64,000 nucleotides of DNA, taken from assembly GCA_045580835.1 (NCBI GenBank), contig JAZNOM010000048.1:21908-85907 (forward strand). The letters are read 5' to 3'. Position numbers and translations under genes: made by a program. Below are positions 55,620 to 63,850 of this stretch, in pieces; the stretch's first letter is position 1, and each line of letters starts with the position of its first letter. The DNA is from Eubacteriales bacterium (GTDB lineage: Bacteria > Bacillota > Clostridia > Oscillospirales > CAG-272). The notes beneath the pieces were generated by a model that saw only the letters and a list, made by a program, of their open reading frames with translations, searched no databases and had not been told where the DNA came from.

Positions 55620-56149
55620 TTGCGTGTGGCTGGTGTTCTCATGTGTGATGGCGAAATACTAGTTCAAAAGGACAAATGCGGCAAAGAATATGCTTTACCG
55701 GATGGCGGTGTGCAAATTGGGGAGACTACCGAAACTGCACTTTCAAGAGAGTTTAAAGAAGAAATCGGAGCATTTATAGAAACAAAGAAGCTATTGTGGG
55801 TGAAAGAAATCTTTGGGGAGTGTATTGGCAAAAAAATCATGGCATTGTCTTTTATTATCTTATAGAAGCGAAAGATGGACTTTACATTCCCCACAATAGT
55901 GAGTTTGTTCTGCATAAGGATAATAGTAATGTTGTGATTGTCCGGATGCCGATTAGCGAGCTTGATAGCGTTACTATATATCACGAGTTATTAAAAGATT
56001 GGATTTGTCATTTGGAGAATGGGGGGCAGCGTTTTATAACGTATAGCGAATTAACATTTTTGAGGCAAAATATAAGACGTGAAATTGTTTACGAAAGTAA
56101 TGGAGAAGCTGTTACATTTATTCCAAGAGTGAATAGTAACAAAAGCTAG
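55620..56149 (+). pseudogene. NUDIX hydrolase, frameshifted at an A7 run
   Basis: NUDIX box GGVQIGETTETALSREFKEEIG lies in frame 1. The continuation NHGIVFYYLIEAKDG... lies in another frame. One extra A at 55830..55836 restores ...IGKKNHGIVFYY... No ATG start exists (TTG at best). Confidence 0.7.
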
Positions 56150-56192
56150 AAAGGTGATATTATTAAATACAAAAAGTTCAAGGAGAGGATTA

Positions 56193-57146
56193 ATGAGTTC
56201 GTTATTTATAGTTGGAAACGGATTTGATATTGCGCACGGTATTCAAACAAAGTATAGCGACTTTAGAACTTTTATTATAAATATGTTCCCACGAGCATTT
56301 GAGTTGCGAGACGAAATTGTATACCTGGAGGACTTCAAAAACATCGATTTAGCGGAATTTGCAGCGGAGATTTTGTTAAATGCAATGGATAAAGCTGCCG
56401 GTGAAGATTGGTTTAATTTTGAAGAAGCACTTGCTTATGTAAATTTTGACAACAAATTTCCATTACCTAATCACAGAGAAGATGAAACAGATGAATAAGA
56501 TCAGATGTTAATGACACGTTATCTATTATATATGGATATATTAACCGATTGCTATATTAAGTGTTCAAAGACATGGCAAGATTTTTTCAGGTTATGGATC
56601 AAAAGCATTCAAGCAAAAATTAACAATGGCAACTTCTCTGCAAAGGAATCATTAAAAGAACTTTTTAACGCTCCAGATATGCAATTTTTCAGTTTCAACT
56701 ACACCAAAACTTTACAAAAACTTTATGGAGTAAAAAAGGTGATTCATATACATAACCGCGTTGGACAAAAATTAATTTTTGGGCATGAAAAACGTGCTAC
56801 CGAAAGTCTTTATCAAAATATAAATTTTGACAAAGGAACATGTATTGGCTCTACTTTTTTAGATGACATGATTCTTTCTTTAAAAAAAGATACGGATTCC
56901 CCATTGAAAAAATATAATGATTTTTTCAGAAAACTAGATGGAAATATTGACAAAGTATATTCTTATGGATTTAGTTATGGAAAAGTTGACAGCATTTACA
57001 TTAAAAAGATATTAGATGGAATTTCGCCTAACGCTGTTTGGTATTTCACAACTTTTGAATCCAAAAATACTGAAGCGTTTAGAATTAAAAAAATCAAATT
57101 ACGAAATTATGGGTTTAAAGGTCAATTTGGTATTTATACAGGATAA
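56193..57146 (+). pseudogene. abiH: AbiH family abortive-infection protein interrupted by one in-frame TAA
   Basis: LFIVGNGFDIAHGIQTKYSDF is the AbiH N-terminal signature. ORFs 56154..56498 and 56505..57146 share a frame, separated only by the TAA at 56496..56498. Combined length is 318 codons. Confidence 0.78.
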
Positions 57147-57250
57147 GACATAAGACACAAATATATAATTATTCTCACTAAAAAAGTAGTTTGTTTTTTT
57201 ACTCCTGCCATTGTGGACTCTATTTTTCTATGATAAAATAGGATTGTAAA

Positions 57251-57282
57251 AATGGTAAGCAGTTAAAATGGTGAGCAGTTAA
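57251..57282 (+). repeat. tandem 2 x 16-nt direct repeat
   Basis: aatggtaagcagttaa aatggtgagcagttaa, about 200 nt upstream of the sigma-like gene. Confidence 0.8.
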
Positions 57283-57487
57283 GCAGGTTAAGATTTCACT
57301 ATATCAAGGGGGTACTATACCTTTTTGAGGATTGTGGAACGGATTGACACCAAACAATTTATAGGATAACAAAACATTTATTAGAGCCAGAACACACATT
57401 AGTATCTTTGGGTACCCATGTGTGTTTTTCTTTTTCTGCTATGTCTCGTCTAAACGGTACTGACAAATTATAGCGGAGGTGATGCCT

Positions 57488-57811
57488 ATGAATATAGACC
57501 TCAAGTCACAAGCCAATAACTGCGATAACAAGGAATATATTGACAACTTTTCTTACAAAGAAGCGGAAAAAGAATGGAAATCACTTTTTGATAGCGTACT
57601 AATCGATATTATAATAGACGAATATGAAAATACAGAACTAGTAAAAGCAATACTAGCACTTACTAGAAATGAACGTATCGTAATTATTCTGAATTTTGTA
57701 GAAGGAATGACACCTAAAGAAATCAGCGACATAATGGATATAAGAACAAATAATGCGTATGTACATAAAAACCAAGCATTAAAGAAACTTAGAGCAAAAT
57801 TGACACAGTAG
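57488..57811 (+). CDS. small sigma-70 region-4-like HTH protein (mobile-element regulator type)
   Basis: LTRNERIVIILNFVEGMTPKEISDIMDIRTNNAYVHKNQALKKLR. The ATG at 57488 is 8 nt after GGAGG. Confidence 0.75.
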   Translation: MNIDLKSQANNCDNKEYIDNFSYKEAEKEWKSLFDSVLIDIIIDEYENTELVKAILALTRNERIVIILNFVEGMTPKEISDIMDIRTNNAYVHKNQALKKLRAKLTQ

Positions 57812-57823
57812 GGAGGCGATATA

Positions 57824-58051
57824 TTGAAAAAAGAGAATAATACTTCTCAAGAATTACTGTACACAATCAGCGAAGCAGCAGCAATTCTGAAGATAAACAA
57901 AAACTTTGTTTATACCCTAATAGGGCGAGGATATCTTAAATCTATCAAACTCGGTTGCCGTAAAGTCACACGAAAATCTTTGCTTGAATTCTTGGATAAA
58001 TATGACGGCTTAAATTTCGATGAAATATTAGCTTGCGAAACAGATGACTAA
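57824..58051 (+). CDS. xis: excisionase-family / MerR-like HTH DNA-binding protein
   Basis: LYTISEAAAILKINKNFVYTLIGRGYLKSIKLG.RKVTRKSLLEFL. TTG start 7 nt after GGGAGG. Confidence 0.75.
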   Translation: MKKENNTSQELLYTISEAAAILKINKNFVYTLIGRGYLKSIKLGCRKVTRKSLLEFLDKYDGLNFDEILACETDD

Positions 58052-58254
58052 TAACATATACAGTGCTTGAAAACATTAAACATATTATGATATAATAAAC
58101 TAAAATCAGTGAAAAGTGAAACTCAAAAAGAAGAAAATGCAAGGATAGCCTCAAGGTATGCAGAAATTGAAAGCTATGTAAACAGCCTTTCCAAAACTGA
58201 GTTACGAAGAGAACTAACTGAGCTCTTGTATGAGTTAAGATATGAACATTGGTA

Positions 58255-58299
58255 AATAAAAAATCGTATGAACAAAGTAAAATGTTCATACGATTTTTT
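58255..58299. terminator. bidirectional intrinsic terminator
   Basis: A-run, aatcgtatgaaca / tgttcatacgatt 13-bp stem, then a T-run. Confidence 0.85.
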
Positions 58300-58322
58300 A
58301 TTTATGATTTTAATAAGTAAAG

Positions 58323-58655
58323 TTATTTATTTTGCCTTTTCTGCTCAATATTTTTTTCTACTGAATCATCAAGTAATTTACGCAGTGATTCGCAAATTTT
58401 GGAAAAATATTTTGCTATCGGTTCCACTAAAATTCCACTTAAATACTCGGCTGCCGGAACGTACTGTGAAGCAAAATGTGCAGCAAAAGCAAGCGCTCCA
58501 TAACCAATTGCTAAATAACCGATTTTCAAAAGGCCTGCCCAAAGTAATTCCTTTTTAAAACCGTTTTTCCAAGAACCATAAGTCGTTCCTATAATTTGGT
58601 TGACACCCATTAAAACGAGCAAAACTATTATCAATATAATACTCACGAAGATCAC
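58323..58655 (-). CDS. small membrane protein (3 TM), function unknown
   Basis: 110 aa, hydrophobic N-terminal two-thirds, charged tail. Last gene of the minus-strand cluster. Confidence 0.55.
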   Translation of the reverse strand: MIFVSIILIIVLLVLMGVNQIIGTTYGSWKNGFKKELLWAGLLKIGYLAIGYGALAFAAHFASQYVPAAEYLSGILVEPIAKYFSKICESLRKLLDDSVEKNIEQKRQNK

Positions 58656-58676
58656 CTTACCTTTAGATTCTTAAGA

Positions 58677-58886
58677 TTATATAGCCGCTCCGCGAGATTT
58701 TATATAAATATCAATGTCGTTATTTATATAGTTATGACCTGTGGTATGAAGAATATCGTAAAACTCGTTAATATAATCATATACGCCATATTCTCTAAAC
58801 AATTTAGCAACATCTTTTCCACTTATTTTACGATAGTTTTTATAACTTTCCAAACAAAATATTGTAAATGCTAATTTTTTACTCAT
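58677..58886 (-). CDS. DUF3791 family protein
   Basis: FTIFCLESYKNYRKISGKDVAKLFREYGVYDYINEFYDILHTTG matches the DUF3791 pattern as I remember it. Confidence 0.7.
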   Translation of the reverse strand: MSKKLAFTIFCLESYKNYRKISGKDVAKLFREYGVYDYINEFYDILHTTGHNYINNDIDIYIKSRGAAI

Positions 58887-58897
58887 ATAATGACTCC

Positions 58898-59134
58898 TTA
58901 TACATCAGGGAACACAATGGTTCCTGTTGTTTTCTCTTGTAGCAACAGCGAATAAAGCATATCGGTACTGTACTGCCATACTTTAGTTTCTTCATCTTCA
59001 AGTTCCTCATATAGTTTTGAAGAATAAAGCATTTGAATCGCATCTTCATTTGATAAATTTTGTTTATTTACAATCATAGCAACTAAGTCTGCACTAATAT
59101 AAGGCATCATTGCTAAAAATTGATCCTGTCCCAT
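58898..59134 (-). CDS. DUF3791-like protein (second paralogue)
   Basis: LYSSKLYEELEDEETKVWQYSTDMLYSLL. Adjacent to the other DUF3791 gene and to the DUF3990 gene. Confidence 0.6.
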   Translation of the reverse strand: MGQDQFLAMMPYISADLVAMIVNKQNLSNEDAIQMLYSSKLYEELEDEETKVWQYSTDMLYSLLLQEKTTGTIVFPDV

Positions 59135-59144
59135 ATTTTTCTCC

Positions 59145-59630
59145 TTATTTAATTTCTTTAGCTTCTAAAAACTTTAGATAAGAAAGAGCTTTGTTTGTAT
59201 GCAGAGTCCATTGATCATGCAATACTTCTGTCTTAAGCTTTTTTACAGTATATTCAGCATCATAAGCACCTGTTTCAAAAAGGCGAATAGATTGATATAT
59301 ATTATCATCAGCCACGGGGCCGATATACAAATCATGTATTACTGTGCTTTCAGCTCCTTTGCGATTGCTTACTACAAAATCTAACCAATTTTCATCGGCT
59401 GTTTTAAATTCTTCAAAGCTAAGCTCGCCTCTTGCTTTCTCAAAGTCAAATTCATAAACTGATACATATCCAATTTTAATATTATTTCTGCGCATTTTTA
59501 TTCTTGCCCAACGCTCAGCTTGTTCGTATGAAGTAGTAGTATAAAAGCCAACACCAAAGTCTAAATATACATCGCCCTTTCGTATCTCCGGTTTATCAAC
59601 AAGATCAGTGCTGCCATGATATAAAATCAT
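59145..59630 (-). CDS. DUF3990 family protein
   Basis: MILYHGS...DFGVGFYTTTSYEQAERWA is the typical DUF3990 N-terminus. Overlaps the upstream gene by 4 nt. Confidence 0.75.
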   Translation of the reverse strand: MILYHGSTDLVDKPEIRKGDVYLDFGVGFYTTTSYEQAERWARIKMRRNNIKIGYVSVYEFDFEKARGELSFEEFKTADENWLDFVVSNRKGAESTVIHDLYIGPVADDNIYQSIRLFETGAYDAEYTVKKLKTEVLHDQWTLHTNKALSYLKFLEAKEIK

Positions 59631-59923
59631 CCTAATCCCTCCATAATTCTCGTTATAGCCTTTTGCTCGCGTTTTAGAGCACTTAACATTTCTTCATAGT
59701 GTTTTCTTTGCATTAATTGGTCCTTTACTTGGGAAATCACATCGGGATCTTTACCAATGTAATCATCACAAACTTTGCCGTCTTTTCGATACTTTAAATA
59801 GTAGTATTCGTTTTTACGGCAAATCAAGGCGCCTTTAGGAAGTTCAGATAGCAGTTTTTCGTATTCTTCGATCATTTGTTGATTGCGTATGGCTTCGTTT
59901 TTTACAACTGTATTAATTAACAT
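59627..59923 (-). CDS. hypothetical protein (first gene of the DUF3990 cluster)
   Basis: 98 aa, coiled-coil-rich, translationally coupled to the DUF3990 gene. Confidence 0.55.
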   Translation of the reverse strand: MLINTVVKNEAIRNQQMIEEYEKLLSELPKGALICRKNEYYYLKYRKDGKVCDDYIGKDPDVISQVKDQLMQRKHYEEMLSALKREQKAITRIMEGLG

Positions 59924-59938
59924 ATCATCACCGTATAT

Positions 59939-59967
59939 ATTTTATCACACCAAATTGTGTTTTGCAA
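59939..59967 (-). promoter_or_regulatory. sigma-A promoter of the DUF3990 cluster with an overlapping 8-bp inverted repeat
   Basis: Minus strand TTGCAA, 17 nt, TAAAAT. The inverted repeat TATCACAC ... GTGTGATA (59943..59982) brackets the -35. Confidence 0.6.
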
Positions 59968-60305
59968 GATATTTGTGTGATATGGTTATATGTTGAAAAT
60001 CATTATTATACGTTGCGATATTTACACATTTAGTATGTAATTTAGAAAACGAATGCGAAGTGTTCAAAAAAGCAGAAAAAGAATATGTTAAGTATGTAGG
60101 GCGAGTATAACTTTAAAAACATTTATACTCATTGACATCCATACAAAAATCCTGTATAATCTATTCGAAAGCAGGCATCGAAAATGGCGCAAAAGTGCAA
60201 ATGTGGGAAGCAATTTTACGTGGGAAAAGAGTGGGAAGTGCTCTTTTTCAAGGTGTAAAAAAGCCAGTAAACACAGGCACAATCAGCATTCCCCAAACAG
60301 ACTAT

Positions 60306-60365
60306 CGTGACGAAGCTCGTCATGGAAAAGCATTTGCAGGTCTTCTCAAGAGATATTTCGGTTAA
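60306..60365 (+). pseudogene. displaced 3' remnant of the rubrerythrin gene (contains the attR core 60336..60358)
   Basis: Encodes ...[19 protein letters not shown], parallel to the rbr end ...[18 protein letters not shown]. The upstream part of track ORF 60132..60365 is not rubrerythrin-like. Confidence 0.85.
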
Positions 60366-60553
60366 TTTTAAACCATACATAAGAGGGTAGGGTAACCTAT
60401 CCTCTTTTTGTGTAATAATAGCGGAAGTTTTGGTGTTCTGCTAAACAGCCATAGTTTTGTTTTGAATAATACATTGAATGCTTCATTAAAACGAGGAAAT
60501 CATATTAAATCTACGACTAACTGTTGAAAAGATTTCCATATAAGGAGGCTATT

Positions 60554-61051
60554 ATGAAAAAAATCACATTATTACTTGCCGCTTTAATGCTTGCATTTTT
60601 GCTTTGTACATGTCAGAGTGAAACAAATATTGATTCTTCTGTGACTACTATGGAACAGCAGGTAACAGATTCATATTTTGTTGCTAAAGTTATAGAGCCG
60701 GGCGAAAGTTCTATGCTTGTAGAAATAACAGATGCCGGTACTTCCAATATTTCGCTTGGCAGCGAGGCGTGGTTATCTTCACGCAAAGAGAGCAATGTTT
60801 CCTATTACGGATACGCTGCAGGCGACTATGTTCGTATTCTCTTTGATGGAATGGTTATGGAAAGCTATCCGCTTCAGATAAATTCTGTCACTTATATCAG
60901 TCTTACTGATTGTACTGGTAAAAGTATTTCGGATGCCGCACCGGAAAAGAAAGTGGTAAATATCGTTGACAAAACCGTAAATTCAGACATAGTTACCGCG
61001 GATGCGTTAGAGGGGTTTTACCATGACGATATGTACGATTACTATTTTTAG
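60554..61051 (+). CDS. hypothetical lipoprotein (possibly continuing through an in-frame TAG to 61225)
   Basis: The ATG at 60554 follows AAGGAGG. Lipobox FLLCTC. The frame stays open for 57 codons after the TAG at 61049..61051. Confidence 0.65.
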   Translation: MKKITLLLAALMLAFLLCTCQSETNIDSSVTTMEQQVTDSYFVAKVIEPGESSMLVEITDAGTSNISLGSEAWLSSRKESNVSYYGYAAGDYVRILFDGMVMESYPLQINSVTYISLTDCTGKSISDAAPEKKVVNIVDKTVNSDIVTADALEGFYHDDMYDYYF

Positions 61052-61266
61052 AGCATTAAAAGCCAATACGTAATTGTCGAGTATTCAGACGGTAGCAACG
61101 AAACGGTAGAGAATGCCATAAATGAAGGCCGTATCACGATTGCAGATCTTGATTATTACGGTATCGGATATTACAAATGGCCGAAAACAGAATCCCGTCA
61201 TTCACAATTTGGCCATCTTGAATAGAATATGCCCCGCATAAAAGAACTATTTATGCGGGGCACATT

Positions 61267-61827
61267 TTATTTCAACCTTAATCCATCGCTAAACGCCTTG
61301 CCAACTTCTTCACCCAGTTTACGATAGGTGTGGTGAACCGGATCGTATGTGATGGGAACAAACTTTGCAAGGTCAATTTTTCCGTCAGTGCCAAGTATTC
61401 TTTCATCGGCACAAACATTGACTATTTCGCCAACAAGGCGACAACTTTCTTCGTCATAACTTACGAGTTTACATTCAAGAGCCATTGGCAATTCTTCAAA
61501 AATCGGTGTGTTAACAAATTCACTCTTTACTGCGTGCCAGCCCGCCTTTTCAATTTTGTTAGGCTCTTTATTACCTGAAACAACGCCGACATAGTCAGCG
61601 GAAACAACATTTTCTATATCAGATACGCTTACGGTGAAATATCCGTTAGAAAGGATATTTTGTGTGGTTTTGTGCTCTGCGCTAACGCAGATCGAAATCT
61701 GCGTTTCTTCACTTATTCCGCCCCAAGCGGCATTCATCGCATCCGGTACACCATTTTCATCATACGAGCCAATAATCAGCACCGGCATAGGGTATAAAAT
61801 TGCTTTAGCTCCGAAATTTTTTCTCAT
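61267..61827 (-). CDS. flavin reductase-like (flavoredoxin) FMN-binding protein
   Basis: LYPMPVLIIGSYDENGVPDAMNAAWGG is typical of the flavin reductase domain family. Confidence 0.82.
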   Translation of the reverse strand: MRKNFGAKAILYPMPVLIIGSYDENGVPDAMNAAWGGISEETQISICVSAEHKTTQNILSNGYFTVSVSDIENVVSADYVGVVSGNKEPNKIEKAGWHAVKSEFVNTPIFEELPMALECKLVSYDEESCRLVGEIVNVCADERILGTDGKIDLAKFVPITYDPVHHTYRKLGEEVGKAFSDGLRLK

Positions 61828-62519
61828 GATTTACTCCTTCTATAATTCAACCAAATAACATCATCGTATTGTTTAATCTTTTTCAATTCATAATCAGCAA
61901 TGCTGCTGTTCGTAAACAGTGGTTTTGACTTTTCATCGGCGACCACCGGAGCAACAACAAGGCTGAGTTCGTCAATCAAATCTGCTCGCTCAAAATATCC
62001 GTTTACAACACTTCCTCCTTCAAGTAAAAGTGTATCTGCTCCAAGCTTTTTAATTTTACTCAAAGCAAGCTCTGCATCTATCTCGGTTTCTCCTGCAAAT
62101 ATGTAGGAAATCCCCATTTCTTTCAGATATCCCAAATAACGTGTATCAACCTGTTTGGTAAGAACTTCAATTATCTGCGAATTTCCATATCCTGGATCTT
62201 CATCAATTATGCAACTGCTTTTCCAGCCAAGTTTGCCCTTTGGATCAAAAGCAACAGCATAAAAACTCGACAAATCGCCAGTAATATAGTCATTTTTGTC
62301 ATCAATCATCTTATACTTCGATAGCTCGGGAAACCAACCGTTTGTAAAACTGTCTTCCATGGTTATGCGTCCGCAAATAAATCCGTTTGCTTTGTAATCA
62401 CGGTTGATTTCATAGTAAATATCGGTAGCTTTTTGACATTCCGTTCGGAACAAATAGTCGCCCGTAACCTTGCCGTCAATAGACATCACCATATGGCAAA
62501 TTATATAAGGTCTGTTCAT
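61824..62519 (-). CDS. dihydrofolate reductase family protein (RibD C-terminal domain type)
   Basis: MVMSIDGKVTG ... LLLEGGSVVNGYF. The ATG at 62519 follows AGGTGA. Confidence 0.82.
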   Translation of the reverse strand: MNRPYIICHMVMSIDGKVTGDYLFRTECQKATDIYYEINRDYKANGFICGRITMEDSFTNGWFPELSKYKMIDDKNDYITGDLSSFYAVAFDPKGKLGWKSSCIIDEDPGYGNSQIIEVLTKQVDTRYLGYLKEMGISYIFAGETEIDAELALSKIKKLGADTLLLEGGSVVNGYFERADLIDELSLVVAPVVADEKSKPLFTNSSIADYELKKIKQYDDVIWLNYRRSKS

Positions 62520-62640
62520 TGCTATCACCTCAAGAATATTTTATCATGGTAAAAGAACTTTTGCAATAAATACATTTACTATTTAGCTTTGATATGTTAT
62601 AATTGTTTTGTGAACATACAAAACCAAAGGAGAACAAAAC

Positions 62641-62880
62641 ATGGATATCAAAGCAAAAATTGAAGAAATTGTTGAGAAAATCAAATCCGATAAAGGTCTT
62701 TTGTCGAAGTTCAAGAGCGAGCCTATCAAGACTATTGAAAGTCTTATTGGTATTGACCTTCCGGATGAACAGATTGAAAAAATCGTTGACGGAGTAAAGG
62801 CAAAGATTTCAGTTGATGACCTTGCAGATAAGCTCGGTGGACTTGGCGACAAGCTTGGCGGACTTTTTGGTAAAAAATAA
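62641..62880 (+). CDS. small hypothetical protein with a Gly-rich C-terminal repeat
   Basis: 79 aa, RBS AAAGGAGAA, tail DKLGGLGDKLGGLFGKK. Confidence 0.6.
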   Translation: MDIKAKIEEIVEKIKSDKGLLSKFKSEPIKTIESLIGIDLPDEQIEKIVDGVKAKISVDDLADKLGGLGDKLGGLFGKK

Positions 62881-62886
62881 AATTTA

Positions 62887-62916
62887 AGGGTGCAACCGAT
62901 GCACCCTTGATTTTTT
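62887..62916 (+). terminator. intrinsic terminator
   Basis: agggtgca accga tgcaccct followed by a T-run. Confidence 0.85.
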
Positions 62917-62960
62917 ATTATATATTGTTTATACTAAAAGAAAACGCATGGAGTTAAATT

Positions 62961-63833
62961 ATGATACTTTCTACTCAAACTGATTATTTATACAGAAAAT
63001 ATGGCGCAGAAAAGTCAATTGATATGATAGCCGATGCAGGCTTTGACGCAATTGACTTAACCTTGTTTGATATGAAGAACGATACTTCTGTTTTTTGTCA
63101 GGATGACTATAGAAAACTTGCGAAAAAACTTAAAGAAAGAGCGCAGAGCAGGGGACTGTTCTTTAATCAAGCACACGGACCTTTTCCTTGTTCAAAAAAC
63201 GACGGCGAATACAATAAGATGATTTATCAAAGACTTCTTCGCAGTATTGAAATTGCTGGAATTGTTGGCGCAAAATGCATAGTAGTACACCCCATGCACC
63301 ATTTGCCGTATCTTGAGAATTCAGAATTGCTAAAAGAAATGAACATGGAGTTTTATAGCAGTCTTGCGCCATACGCAAAAACGGCAGGCGTAAAAATCGC
63401 ACTTGAAAACATGTGGCAGCGTGACGCAGAAAAGAAAATAGTTGTAAGCGCATGCTCTCGTACCAAAGAGTTTGCAGACTGGATTGACACCCTTAACGAC
63501 GATTGTTTTACTGCTTGTCTTGACCTAGGTCACTGCGGCCTTTATGGTTTTGATGCCGCGGAAATGATAAAAGGTCTCGGCTACAGACTCGGCGCACTCC
63601 ATGTGCATGATAATGATTATCAAAGCGACTCGCATACAGCGCCATATCTCGGAAAAATGCATTGGGATACTATCAGTGAAGCTCTTGCAAAAATCGGTTA
63701 TAAAGGCGACTTAACGCTTGAAGCGGATAACTTTTTCAACCATTTTCCTGAAGAGCTTGCGCAAAACGCGGCAAAATTCTTGCACGATATAGGAAGAAAT
63801 TTAATTGATAGAATTGAAAAAGCTCAAGGCTGA
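62961..63833 (+). CDS. sugar phosphate isomerase/epimerase (xylose-isomerase-like TIM barrel) family protein
   Basis: AGFDAIDL, VVHP, IALENM, LDLGH, LHVHDN metal-ligand blocks. Confidence 0.82.
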   Translation: MILSTQTDYLYRKYGAEKSIDMIADAGFDAIDLTLFDMKNDTSVFCQDDYRKLAKKLKERAQSRGLFFNQAHGPFPCSKNDGEYNKMIYQRLLRSIEIAGIVGAKCIVVHPMHHLPYLENSELLKEMNMEFYSSLAPYAKTAGVKIALENMWQRDAEKKIVVSACSRTKEFADWIDTLNDDCFTACLDLGHCGLYGFDAAEMIKGLGYRLGALHVHDNDYQSDSHTAPYLGKMHWDTISEALAKIGYKGDLTLEADNFFNHFPEELAQNAAKFLHDIGRNLIDRIEKAQG

Positions 63834-63848
63834 CACCTTGAGCTTTTT
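63822..63848. terminator. hairpin terminator between convergent genes
   Basis: gctcaagg ctgaca ccttgagc followed by TTTTT. Confidence 0.8.
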
Positions 63849-63850
63849 GC

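Larger units (their letters stand above)
31092..60358 (+). mobile_element. integrative genomic (defence) island inserted in the 3' end of rbr
   Basis: Identical 23-bp direct repeat gcaggtcttctcaagagatattt at 31092..31114 and 60336..60358. Integrase lies next to the left end and a rubrerythrin C-terminal remnant at the right end. Arm-type repeats occur at both ends, and the interior is AT-richer. Confidence 0.88.

Noticed and set aside
58110-58256. 48-codon GTG-started ORF (VKSETQKEENARIASRYAEIESYVNSL...) after the xis-like gene
   Set aside because: It is coiled-coil-like and ends just before the terminator, but I see no convincing RBS and it is too short to support without homology.
60132-60365. 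77-aa track ORF ending in a rubrerythrin-like tail
   Set aside because: Only the last ~20 codons resemble rubrerythrin. The rest overlaps the arm-type repeat region and has no RBS. I interpret it as the attR remnant, not a gene.
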